A DNA stretch of 64,000 bases from an uncultured Bacilli bacterium (GTDB lineage: Bacteria; Bacillota_I; Bacilli_A; RF39; UBA660), in the NCBI GenBank assembly GCA_944371325.1, contig CALVXO010000004.1, positions 4,950-68,949 on the forward strand. The letters are read 5' to 3'. The notes under the pieces were generated by a model that worked only from the letters and a program-made list of their open reading frames with translations, ran no database searches and was not told the DNA's origin. Position 1 is the stretch's first letter. Every line of letters begins with the position of its first letter. Shown in pieces: positions 29,912-40,200 of the stretch. The translations under genes were made by a program, and so were the position numbers.

Positions 29912-32815
29912 ATGATTAAAAAACACAATAAAGATAAAAGCAGTGAAAATAATAATATATTTTTAGAAACACCTATTGATAAAATAGAAGATGATAAATT
30001 TGGTTGTGTATCCTATTCCAAACAAATCGTTTCTGCTTTTGAAAAAGGTGCTAAATTTATAGCAATAGATGGTGAATATGGTGTAGGAAAATCAAGCATA
30101 TTAAATTTAACAAAAAAACTAATTGAAGACAAAAATAAATATAAAATATTTAATCATTTTAGGCAAAAAAAAGATTATTTTGTAAATATAAATTTTTTAA
30201 ATATTAATAATGTTTCCACTGAAGAATCGGACAAGATAAACAATTATCATAGATATTTTGTAAATCAAACAGCTAATGATTTATATAGAAATCCATATGA
30301 TATTGAAAAACTTTTTTATCATAATTTTGTTTCATATTCAACGATTTCATTAAAAAATGATAATTTATTTAAAAAAATTATTGATAAAGCATTATTAATA
30401 TTATTGGCTTTTATATCACTTTATTTAATCTATTCAAGCTTCTTTAAAAATTTCGAATTACTAAAGGGCTTATATAACTTTTCTACAGAAATAATGCCAT
30501 ATATCTTATTTACATTATTTATCTTATTAATTTTATATGGATATGGTTTTTATAAGCCTGATAAGTCTGAAATAAGTCCTATGCTCGAAGTAGATAAATG
30601 TAGGAATAATTTGTGCAAAATATTATTTAATAAAATTCCTAAAAACAGCAATGTTTATTTTATATTAGATGACTTAGATAGATTAGAAAATAATTTACAA
30701 TTACAAATCATTTCATTGTTATATAATGAATATTTCCCTTTAGATAAAATCATTAAAGATATAAATTTAAAATTTATTTTTATGATTAATATAAGTGAAT
30801 TGAATAAATTGAATAAATTAAATGAATCAGATAAATCGAATGAGCCAAATGAATTAAAAAAATTAAATGCACCTAAAAAATCAAATAATAATAACAATAT
30901 TAATGTAAATAAACTATTTGACTATATCATAAATATATCTAATAACCAAATCACAATTTTAAGAAATTATTTAATTAGAAACATAGAAAATAATACTATA
31001 TTGGAAAAATTATTTGATATTAAAGAAAAAGATTATATAATTGGTTTAATTTTAAATAACTACAATAGTATAAGAAAAATAAAACATTTTCTCAATAGAG
31101 TTATTACAAAATATATTTATTTAACCAATAAAAATTATAAATATTTAAATAATGCTCAATTAATATGCATATGTATATTGATTAATTTAACAGATACTGA
31201 AACATTAAATAATAATATAAATAATATAATACATAATTATAATTATTCACTAGAAAAAAATGATGAAGACGAAAATATATTAAATATTATAAAAGAGTTA
31301 TATGAAAGAAAACTAATTGATAATAATTATTATGTTTATTTATATAATTTTATAGACATAGATGATTTATTAAATAATGATGAACAATTTATATATAATA
31401 TATTAAATAATTTATCAAAATTAAAAGAAGATGATTTGATTAAAATGTATGAGATATTAGATGGAAATTATGTTTCATTTTCAAAAATATATAATGAGAT
31501 ATATAAATATGTTTCCAATAATTCAAAAATACTATTACTAGGAAATAAAACATTTAATAGTTTTATGGAATCAAATTATCAAATTGATTATGAAATATTT
31601 AAAAATTTATATAGAAATCCGTTTATTTATTTTTGCTATGAATTTTTAAATAATAAATATTATTATGCCATGGATGATGAAATTGAATTGTTAGAAAAAT
31701 ATTTTCAAAATTTTGAACAACAATCGTCTATAGTTAGCAATAAAGAAAAAGATGATTTTGTTAATGAATTAAAAATTTTTATAAAAAATATGAAATACAA
31801 TATTAAATTTTTTAATTTTCAAAAATATTTTAATTGGTTGGAACTTGATAAAAATTTATTTACTTTAATTTATAATCAAAAAGAAAAAAAAGTATCAGTT
31901 ATATATGAAATGATTTTAAATGAAAAACTATCTTGGGATATTATTGAAGATTTTGTTAATGAATCAATAATAAATGATATATTAAGTATCCAAGATGATG
32001 AATTTAGACTACAAATAGAAGAATGCTATTTGAAATGGAGCAAATCATTTGATTTTATGATTCAAATAATCTATAAAGAAAAAAGAATTATTAACGATAT
32101 TGAAGAAATTTTTACAAAATTAAATCAATTTGAAGACAATAAAATAGATTTAGAAACACTAAAAACAATTATAAATAAGTATGGCTATTTAAAAATATTT
32201 GACAAATATTTAATTAATAACTTAAAAGAAAACGAAAACGATACAATTTGTTATATTAATGAAAATAAATTTGATATTTCTGAAAATATAATAAATGCAA
32301 TAAATGAATCAAATTACGCACACAAATTTAAAGAACACTATAATAATTTATTTTTAAAATATAAATATTATAAACTATATATATATTCAAAAGCAAAAAA
32401 AAATAAAACTTTCGATATTAATTTAAAATTAAAATCAAACGAAAAATATATACACTCTTTATTGGAAATTTTTGAATCATTAAATACTGATTGGAAAAAT
32501 TATAATTTTACTGACAATTTTAAATCTTTAATAATTAAAGAAATAAATATAGATACAATAGAATTAACTGATAAAGATTTTTGGAAAATATTAAAGTTAA
32601 TTCCACAAATAAATAATCACAATGAATCATTTAAATTTTTTAATAGGATTAGAAATTTAAATTTATTAGATAAATTTTGCTCATATTGTTCACGAAATTG
32701 TAATGATAAAGATTTCATAAATAATTTGAATTTATTTGTTTCAGAATTTGGCACAACAGGAAATAAAATTGTAATTACAAAATTAAAAAATAAAATCGAG
32801 GAAAAGCAAAAATAG
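29912..32815 (+). CDS. KAP-family P-loop NTPase with two TM helices and a long C-terminal region
   Basis: N-terminal P...DKFG, Walker A GEYGVGKSS, two TM segments inserted before Walker B FILDDLDRL, SIRKIKHFLN. Confidence 0.8.
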   Translation: MIKKHNKDKSSENNNIFLETPIDKIEDDKFGCVSYSKQIVSAFEKGAKFIAIDGEYGVGKSSILNLTKKLIEDKNKYKIFNHFRQKKDYFVNINFLNINNVSTEESDKINNYHRYFVNQTANDLYRNPYDIEKLFYHNFVSYSTISLKNDNLFKKIIDKALLILLAFISLYLIYSSFFKNFELLKGLYNFSTEIMPYILFTLFILLILYGYGFYKPDKSEISPMLEVDKCRNNLCKILFNKIPKNSNVYFILDDLDRLENNLQLQIISLLYNEYFPLDKIIKDINLKFIFMINISELNKLNKLNESDKSNEPNELKKLNAPKKSNNNNNINVNKLFDYIINISNNQITILRNYLIRNIENNTILEKLFDIKEKDYIIGLILNNYNSIRKIKHFLNRVITKYIYLTNKNYKYLNNAQLICICILINLTDTETLNNNINNIIHNYNYSLEKNDEDENILNIIKELYERKLIDNNYYVYLYNFIDIDDLLNNDEQFIYNILNNLSKLKEDDLIKMYEILDGNYVSFSKIYNEIYKYVSNNSKILLLGNKTFNSFMESNYQIDYEIFKNLYRNPFIYFCYEFLNNKYYYAMDDEIELLEKYFQNFEQQSSIVSNKEKDDFVNELKIFIKNMKYNIKFFNFQKYFNWLELDKNLFTLIYNQKEKKVSVIYEMILNEKLSWDIIEDFVNESIINDILSIQDDEFRLQIEECYLKWSKSFDFMIQIIYKEKRIINDIEEIFTKLNQFEDNKIDLETLKTIINKYGYLKIFDKYLINNLKENENDTICYINENKFDISENIINAINESNYAHKFKEHYNNLFLKYKYYKLYIYSKAKKNKTFDINLKLKSNEKYIHSLLEIFESLNTDWKNYNFTDNFKSLIIKEINIDTIELTDKDFWKILKLIPQINNHNESFKFFNRIRNLNLLDKFCSYCSRNCNDKDFINNLNLFVSEFGTTGNKIVITKLKNKIEEKQK

Positions 32816-32839
32816 CATTAAAAATTATGCTATTTTTTT
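32811..32839. terminator. Intrinsic terminator between the KAP gene and the XRE gene
   Basis: aatagcat-N8-atgctatt followed by a T run. Confidence 0.55.
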
Positions 32840-32889
32840 ACTTATATAGTATTGTGGAAAACATATATAAATATACTAGTACATTAAGA

Positions 32890-33141
32890 TTAAAATTTAT
32901 TTACTTTAAAAAAGTCAGCTATATCAATTCCTAAAGCTTCTGAAATTCTTCCAAGAACTGCAATGGTTAAATGTTTATTACGTTTTTCATTTTCAATATC
33001 ACATATATATTCTCTTGACATTTCTGTCATGTCAGCTAAATCTTGTTGTGTCAAATTTTTTTCTAATCTAAATTTTTTTATGTTTTTTCTAATTATAGAA
33101 TAATAATATTCATTATCATGAATATATGCTTTTTCCTTCAT
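32890..33141 (-). CDS. XRE-family HTH transcriptional regulator
   Basis: IKKFRLEKNLTQQDLADMTEMSREYICDIEN...ISEALGI. Confidence 0.9.
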   Translation of the reverse strand: MKEKAYIHDNEYYYSIIRKNIKKFRLEKNLTQQDLADMTEMSREYICDIENEKRNKHLTIAVLGRISEALGIDIADFFKVNKF

Positions 33142-33241
33142 CTATTTCACCAACCTATAATTAGTATGTTATTTTTTTTCAAAAATATATATAGGCTAAC
33201 AGCCACATTTGTGATATAATAAATTATGAAAGGAGTTAAAT

Positions 33242-33463
33242 ATGGGAAAGCCAAAAAAAAATAATGAATTTAAATGGTATCATTGGTTTGGAATAGGCCT
33301 ACTTTTTCTTATGATTTATATTGGAATATCTGAAGGAAACGAAGAAACAGTTGAAGACCAAATTGACAGATTAAATCGTGAAAGTTGCAGTTCACAAACA
33401 AACACTTTTTACAAATGCAGTTGGAGTTTTTGGGAAGATAGATGCGTATGTAAAGAAAGATAA
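33242..33463 (+). CDS. Small membrane protein with a Cys-rich C-terminus
   Basis: Strong RBS aaggag, one TM helix, four Cys. Confidence 0.65.
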   Translation: MGKPKKNNEFKWYHWFGIGLLFLMIYIGISEGNEETVEDQIDRLNRESCSSQTNTFYKCSWSFWEDRCVCKER

Positions 33464-33639
33464 ACCAATAGAAAAGTACATTTTGTACTTTTTTTTGTAC
33501 ATTTTTCTATAAAAATTATTAATTTTAAAACTTTTTTTTCAAAAAGTTGATTATAGACAAAATAGCATGATATAGTGTTGTCGCTAGCAAAAAAAAGATT
33601 AATTTGTCGACAATTAAAAATTTAAGAAAGGAGAAGAAT

Positions 33640-34674
33640 ATGAAAAATTTTAAATTGGAAAGTTTTGATTCAATTACAGAAGAAGAAATTGAATGGTTAT
33701 GGAAGCCATATATTCCACTCGGAAAATTAACAATGTTCGCTGGAGATCCTAGCGTCGGAAAAAGCTTTATAAGTACATTTTTGGCAAGTACAATATCTAC
33801 TGGAAGCAAATTTCCGTTTAGTGATGAAATAGTTGAAAGTGGAAATGTTATAATTTTAAATGCTGAAGATGGTAATGCTGATTGTATTAAAAAGAGATTA
33901 CGATTAAGTAATGCTAATTTTGAAAATATCTATACCTTATTAAGTGTAGATAATAAGAAATTTTTCACACTAAAAAATTTATCTGATTTAGAGGATATGA
34001 TTCAAGAAGTTAAGCCAAAACTAATAATTATTGACCCTATTACCTCTTATTATGGAGAAGGAGTTGATACTTTTAAAGATAGTTCTGTTCGAGCTATACT
34101 TGCACCAGTTGTAGAATTAGTTTCTAAATATAAAGTTGCCTTACTAGGAATAATACATTTTAATAAAGGAAATGATAAAGCAATATATAAAATGAATGGT
34201 AGTATTGCAAATATGGGCTTACCTCGTTCTGTTATTTATGCAGTGCATTCTAATAACAATGATGAAAGATTACTAATTCATATAAAATCTAGTAATGCAG
34301 AATTAGGAGAAAGTATTGCTTATCGTATTACAGATAATGGGATTGAATGGCTTGGAATACGTGGAAAAATTAATGCGGATGAAGTAATTTCTAATGAAGA
34401 ATCTAATCAATATGAAATTGCCTGTGATTTTATATTAGACTACCTAAAAGATGGTAAACAGCTCGGAAGCAATCTATTGAAAAATGCTTTAGAAAATGGT
34501 ATAGCAAAAAGAACGTTGGAACGAGCTAGAGCAAATTTGAAAAAAAACGATATTATTAATAATGTGATTATTGATTTTAAAACATATTGGTATATTGTTG
34601 ATAAGAAAAAACTAGATAATAAAGTTGAAAATGAAACTAATTTAGATGATATTAATCCATTTGATGACATTTAA
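33640..34674 (+). CDS. RepA-like (AAA_25 / SF4-type) replicative helicase
   Basis: IEWLWKPYIPLGKLTMFAGDPSVGKS, AED, LIIIDPI, H.NK, C-terminal HTH-like RTLERAR; ATG after an aaggag RBS. Confidence 0.82.
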   Translation: MKNFKLESFDSITEEEIEWLWKPYIPLGKLTMFAGDPSVGKSFISTFLASTISTGSKFPFSDEIVESGNVIILNAEDGNADCIKKRLRLSNANFENIYTLLSVDNKKFFTLKNLSDLEDMIQEVKPKLIIIDPITSYYGEGVDTFKDSSVRAILAPVVELVSKYKVALLGIIHFNKGNDKAIYKMNGSIANMGLPRSVIYAVHSNNNDERLLIHIKSSNAELGESIAYRITDNGIEWLGIRGKINADEVISNEESNQYEIACDFILDYLKDGKQLGSNLLKNALENGIAKRTLERARANLKKNDIINNVIIDFKTYWYIVDKKKLDNKVENETNLDDINPFDDI

Positions 34675-34873
34675 AATTACTTAGTAGCCAAATAAAATGG
34701 CGATGTGGCGTAGTAAAAAGACTATGAAAATAATCATAGTCTCTCGCCATTAATATTTATATATTGAATCCAGTTAAATTATACCATAATATAAATTTTA
34801 AGTCTATATAATCATTATTGTTATGCAAATTATAAATACACACTAATATAATATATAAAGGGGTTGTGATATT

Positions 34874-34990
34874 ATGAATGTTGAAGTTTTTTATAACGAA
34901 AATGGTAAAACATTTCAAGAGATTATGGAATACTTTTTAATAGAAATGTGTGATACACAAAGTGCCAGTTTTATTGAGAAATATGCCTAA
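34874..34990 (+). CDS. 38-aa small ORF upstream of the recombinase (candidate recombination directionality factor)
   Basis: Manual translation MNVEVFYNENGKTFQEIMEYFLIEMCDTQSASFIEKYA; RBS aagggg; below the ORF-track length cutoff. Confidence 0.55.
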   Translation: MNVEVFYNENGKTFQEIMEYFLIEMCDTQSASFIEKYA

Positions 34991-35002
34991 ATATGATATA
35001 AT
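34974..35002 (+). promoter_or_regulatory. SigmaA-like promoter of the recombinase
   Basis: TTGAGA-N17-TATAAT with extended -10 TG. Confidence 0.6.
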
Positions 35003-35038
35003 ATTACTGTCAATATGTGTTATCTAGAAGGAGGCAAA

Positions 35039-36601
35039 ATGGTAGATAATAACACATATAAAGTTGGTTTATATATTAGATTATCTAGGGAAGATGAAGA
35101 TAATAATGGAGAAAGTGAAAGTATTACTAATCAAAGAAATTATTTGTTAGAATATGTAAAAAATAATCACTTTATTCTAATTGATGAATATGTTGATGAC
35201 GGGTTTACTGGAACAAATTTTGAGAGACCAGCATTTAAAAGAATGATTAAAGATATAGAACTTGGTAAAATAAATTGCGTTATTACTAAAGATATGTCAA
35301 GACTAGGAAGAGATTATATTGGTATAGGAACCTATATGGAAAAATACTTTCCAGAGCATAATATAAGATATATTGCTGTCAATGATAATATTGATTTAAA
35401 GGATGGTAAAATAGACAATATGGCTCCTATTAGAGCAGTATTTAATGACTATTATGCTAAAGATATTTCTGACAAAGTTAAAAGCACTATTACTAATAAA
35501 AAAAGAAATGGACAATTTTTAGGTGGAGTCCCACCCTATGGTTATAAGTTTGAAAGCGATGACAATCATTATAAATTAGTAATAGATGAAGAAACTAGCA
35601 TAGTTGTTAAGAGAATGTTTAATATGTTTGTTGGTGGCAAAAGTTTAAAATATATTGCTGATACACTAACAAGTGAGAATATTCCTATTCCTAGTATCCA
35701 TAAAAATTTAAATAGAGGCCTTAAGTCTACTGCTTATGGAGTATGGCAAACAAGAACTATTGATGAAATACTTAAAAATCCTACATACATAGGAAACTTA
35801 ACGCAAGGTAGAAGAAAGAAAATTAATTATAAAATTAAAAAAGTTGTTAGAGTCCCTAAAGAACAATGGATTGTATGCGAAAACACACATGAGCCTATTA
35901 TAGATAAAGAAACATTTGAGCAAGTACAAAATATCTATGAAAAGAATAAAAGCTTAAATCGTAGCAAAAATCATTTATTATTAAGTGGTTTTATATATTG
36001 CAAAGAATGTGGGCATAGAATTGGAATTAGTCAAAGCTCTAATAAAAAATTTTATTGTAGTTGTAATTATTACAAAAAATACTCTAAATTAGGCCTATGT
36101 ACACCCCATTCTATACCTTATAATGTGTTAGAAGATATAATACTAAAAGAAATAAGAAAAGAATGCAAAAAGAGTGTTAAAGGCGATAAATTTAAAGACA
36201 TAATTAAAAGTAATGACAAAAAAGAAAAAGCCAAAGTTAATTTAATACAATTAATTAAACAAAAAAAGCAAGATATAGAAAATACAAAAAATGCAATTGA
36301 TGATTTATATATAGAAAAACTTAAAAAAAATATAAGTAGTGAAAGATATACTAGTGTATATAATAAATTAAATAGCGAATTTAACGTTTTAAACGAAGAT
36401 TTAAAAGCACTAGAAACAGATTATTCATATTTGCTAGGAAACGTTAAAAACAGCCCTAGTATCAATTATACAAAGGCTGTTAACGAATATTTAGCATTAA
36501 AAAATCCTACTAGAGAATTACTTGCGAACTTAATAGACAAAATTGTTATAGATGAAGATAAAAATATACAAATATACTACAAAATAAAAAAAGCATGGTA
36601 A
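35039..36601 (+). CDS. Large serine recombinase (resolvase + recombinase + zinc ribbon + coiled coil)
   Basis: YIRLSRED catalytic Ser, DDGFTGTNFERP, KDMSRLGR, PPYGY, HEPII, CKECG...C...C; start MVDNN after an aaggagg RBS. Confidence 0.95.
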   Translation: MVDNNTYKVGLYIRLSREDEDNNGESESITNQRNYLLEYVKNNHFILIDEYVDDGFTGTNFERPAFKRMIKDIELGKINCVITKDMSRLGRDYIGIGTYMEKYFPEHNIRYIAVNDNIDLKDGKIDNMAPIRAVFNDYYAKDISDKVKSTITNKKRNGQFLGGVPPYGYKFESDDNHYKLVIDEETSIVVKRMFNMFVGGKSLKYIADTLTSENIPIPSIHKNLNRGLKSTAYGVWQTRTIDEILKNPTYIGNLTQGRRKKINYKIKKVVRVPKEQWIVCENTHEPIIDKETFEQVQNIYEKNKSLNRSKNHLLLSGFIYCKECGHRIGISQSSNKKFYCSCNYYKKYSKLGLCTPHSIPYNVLEDIILKEIRKECKKSVKGDKFKDIIKSNDKKEKAKVNLIQLIKQKKQDIENTKNAIDDLYIEKLKKNISSERYTSVYNKLNSEFNVLNEDLKALETDYSYLLGNVKNSPSINYTKAVNEYLALKNPTRELLANLIDKIVIDEDKNIQIYYKIKKAW

Positions 36602-36634
36602 AGGTATTATTTGTAACTATATGTACAAACGTGG

Positions 36635-36880
36635 AGTATGCCAACAACTAAAGATACAACTGACTGTACTGATACTCCAACACCATCAAATTGTTCAAAC
36701 GTATTTAGAATTGAAAAAATTGACGGATGTTGCGCAACTTTTAGAGTTCTAGCACCAAATACTGATCCTCTAACACAAGCAGCTATTCCATATGTATCAA
36801 CTAATTCTTTTTTTACTATGAATTTGAATTGCGTTTGTAGTTTAAGATGCTTACAAGATACATACGTTGAATGTTTATAA
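36635..36880 (+). CDS. CotY/CotZ-family spore coat protein, 3' half (interrupted)
   Basis: SMPTT...CSNVFRIEKIDGCCATFRVL...TNSFFTMNLNCVCSLRCL matches the CotY/Z C-half pattern (FRVE..CA.L..L; T..C..VDL.CFCAI.CL). Confidence 0.85.
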   Translation, partial: SMPTTKDTTDCTDTPTPSNCSNVFRIEKIDGCCATFRVLAPNTDPLTQAAIPYVSTNSFFTMNLNCVCSLRCLQDTYVECL

Positions 36881-36896
36881 CATTAAAACAACGAAA

Positions 36897-37220
36897 TTAA
36901 TCGTTGTTTTTTTGAAATTCAATATCTAATATATCATTTACATTAATAACTTCATTATCCATAGTAATTAATTCATTTCTATTTCTTCCAATAATTCTTT
37001 TGTTCATTTTACCATTTTTAGTAGTAATAATAACATCTGCTTTATAAACATATCTAGCTGATGAAAAAATTTGATTTATTTTTTGATTAACAGTAAATAT
37101 AGAACTAGAATTATCTTTTTGTTCACTTCTTACTTCATTTTTATCATAATAAACAGTTTCGTTATTATTTAAATTTTTATCAATTTTATTAGCAAATACT
37201 TTAGGTAATTTTTTTTCCAT
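36897..37220 (-). CDS. Hypothetical protein
   Basis: 107-aa ORF with gaggtg RBS. Confidence 0.7.
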   Translation of the reverse strand: MEKKLPKVFANKIDKNLNNNETVYYDKNEVRSEQKDNSSSIFTVNQKINQIFSSARYVYKADVIITTKNGKMNKRIIGRNRNELITMDNEVINVNDILDIEFQKNND

Positions 37221-37275
37221 AGAACACCTCTTAATAAATTATATTATCTATTTTTAATAATATGAAAAAAATCAA

Positions 37276-40200
37276 TTAAAATAAACTTAATTGACTTGAT
37301 TCATCTAAATTATCTAAAATATGCATGTTACGCATTTTTTCAATTAAAGTACTAGATACCTTACCACGTTTTTGCAAATCTTCAATACTTAAGAATTCAC
37401 CTTTATTTCTTTCTTCTACTATTGTTTTAGCAACAGTATCACCTAATCCATCAATACTACTAAAAGGTGGAATTAAATTACCTTCTTCATCTAAAGAAAA
37501 TGTTGTAGCTTGACTTTTATTTAAATCAATATTTTTAAATTTTAGACCACGAGCTGTCATTTCTAATGCAAGTTTTAAGCATTCTAAAATACCACTTTCT
37601 TTGTTTGAAGCATCAAATCCTTTATTAGAAATTTCAACCATTCTGTTTTTAATAGCATCATAACCTTTTATCATTGTTTCAATATCAAAATCGGTTGCTT
37701 TAGTTGAAAACCATGATGCATAAAAATAACTTGGATAATGAACTTTGTAATAAGCTATTCTAAACGCGCTAGTAACATAAGCAGTTGCATGAGCTTTTGG
37801 GAACATGTACTTTATTTTACGACATGAATTGATATACCAATCTTCAATGCCAGCTTCTTTCATTTCTTGTTCAAATTCAACCCATTTATCAGGTTCTTTA
37901 CTTGCTTTACCTTTTCTTACAAATTCCATTATTTTAAATGCTTTAATTGGTTTCATTCCCTTTTGCATTAAATATACCATAATATCATCACGACAACCAA
38001 TTACTTCTTTAAATGGTACGATGTTGTTTTTTATTAATTCTTGAGCATTACCTAACCATACATCAGTACCATGTGACAAACCTGAAATTTTAATTAATTC
38101 AGCGAATGTTGTTGGTTTAGTTTCAGCTACTAATCCTATTGTAAATGGTGTCCCAAATTCAGGTATTCCTAAAGTACCAGTTTCATTTAATATTTGTTCT
38201 TTAGTAACGCCTAAAGGTTCAGGTGATAGAAATATTCCCATTGTTTTTTTATCATCTAAAGGTACTTTTGTTATATCATGACCAGATAAATCTTGAATCA
38301 TTCTTAATTGTGTTGGATCTGAATGACCTAAAATATCTAGTTTTAAAACGTCTTGATCAATTGCATGATAATCAAAGTGTGTTGTACGCCAAGCGCTGTT
38401 AGGATCATCCGCAGGATATTGGAAAGGAGTAAAATCAAAAACATCCATATAACCTGGTATTACAACGATTCCTCCTGGGTGTTGTCCTGTCGTTCTTTTA
38501 ACACCAGTACAACCGAGCGCCAATCTTTCAATTTCAGCTGATTTTTTAGTTATTCCTTTATCTTCACAATAACCCTTAACAAAACCATAAGCAGTTTTTT
38601 CTGCCACTGTACCAATTGTTCCAGCACGATATACATTATCTTCACCAAATAATACTTTTGTATATTCATGAGCAGCGGCTTGATTTAAATCGGAAAAATT
38701 TAAATCAATATCAGGAACTTTATCCGCATTAAAACCTAAGAATGTTGCGAATGGCATATCATTACCGTCTTTTAACATTTTAGTATTACACTTAGGACAT
38801 TCTAAATCAGGTAAGTCAAACCCAGATGAATAAGTATTAGCTAAAGGTACACCATCTATTTCAAATATACTATGTTTACAATTAGGGCAACGATAATGTG
38901 CCGGTAATGGATTTACTTCTGTTATTCCCATCATAGTAGCAACAAACGATGATCCAACAGATCCACGTGAACCTACTAAGAAGCCATCATCATTTGATTT
39001 TTTAACTAATTTTTGGGCAATTAAATAAATAACATCGAATCCTCCGCCGATAATACCACCTAATGTTTTTTTTAAATTTTTTTCAACTTCATCATCATTT
39101 AATTCTGGTTCAGTTATTTTAATTTCATTTCTAATTTTATCTTTAACAGCATCAAAGCCTTGTAATATGGTCTCATGTAATATTTTAAATCCTTCTTCTT
39201 CAATATTTTCAACATTATTTCTTTTTAATTCTGCTTTAATACTATTAAATATACCATCACCGTATAACTCTTTAGCAATTCGCTCTTCAATATTATAAGG
39301 TAATGGGTCACCATACCAATCCTTAGCTTTTGTGTAAACCAAATCAGTAACTGTTTCTACTGATTTATCGATTCTAGGTGAAAAAGGAACACCACCAGTT
39401 TCAATAATTACTTCAATAATATCAACCATATCCGCTATTTTGTTAGGATTAGTAATAACAATTTCTTTTCTTGTTTCTTCATCTAAAAAATCAAAATTTT
39501 CTAACATTTCATTAGTTGTTCTGAAATGTTGACTAGGTATTTCTGTTATACTATTTTTAGCTAAAGGATGTCTTCCGCCACCTGGCACTTTTTGATTAAC
39601 AATAATTTCCCTATATATTTTATCTTCTTTAAATAAATGATGAACATCACCAGTAGCTACTATTATTTTACCTGAATCTTTTGTTACTCTAATTATTTTT
39701 CTAATATGTTCCATTATTTCACTAACAGAACCAAAATCATTAGTTTGTAATAAGTGATTATAAGCATCTATTGGTTGAACTTCAACATAATCATAAAAAT
39801 TAATTATGTTAGTTAATTCTTCATCTGATTTACTTTTAGCTTCAATAAATACTTCACTTTCATAACATCCGCTACCTATTAATAAACCTTCTCTTAATTC
39901 ATTTAAAACACTTCTTAATATTCTAGGTGTCTTATATAAATAAACAGTGTTAGCCAAAGAAATGATTTTAAATAAATTTTTTAATCCTTTTTTATTCTTA
40001 ACTAAAATATTGACATGATAACTTCTTCCATATTTATGAATTTCACTTTTATCAATCATTTTGTTTAATTGAGAAACTCTTTCAATATTTTGACTTGATA
40101 GTTTTTGAAGCATTTTATGTAAAACTAAAGCCGTACCTTCTGCATCGTAATCTGCTCTATGGTGAGCATCTTCATCCCAAGGAACGTCATATCTTTTAAC

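Larger units (their letters stand above)
29490..36634. mobile_element. 7,145-bp serine-recombinase integrative element inserted in the cotY/Z-like gene (skin-like)
   Basis: TGG core duplicated at 29487-29489 and 36632-36634; recombinase ends 30 bp from the right junction; removal restores the reading frame. Confidence 0.88.

Noticed and set aside
29490-36634. Group II intron, intein or full prophage as the cause of the cot interruption
   Set aside because: No reverse transcriptase/maturase, no in-frame intein and no capsid, terminase or tail genes; a serine recombinase sits at the junction.
29223-36880. Treating 29223..29495 and 36638..36880 as two independent small genes
   Set aside because: They are complementary halves of one protein family and join in frame at a shared TGG.
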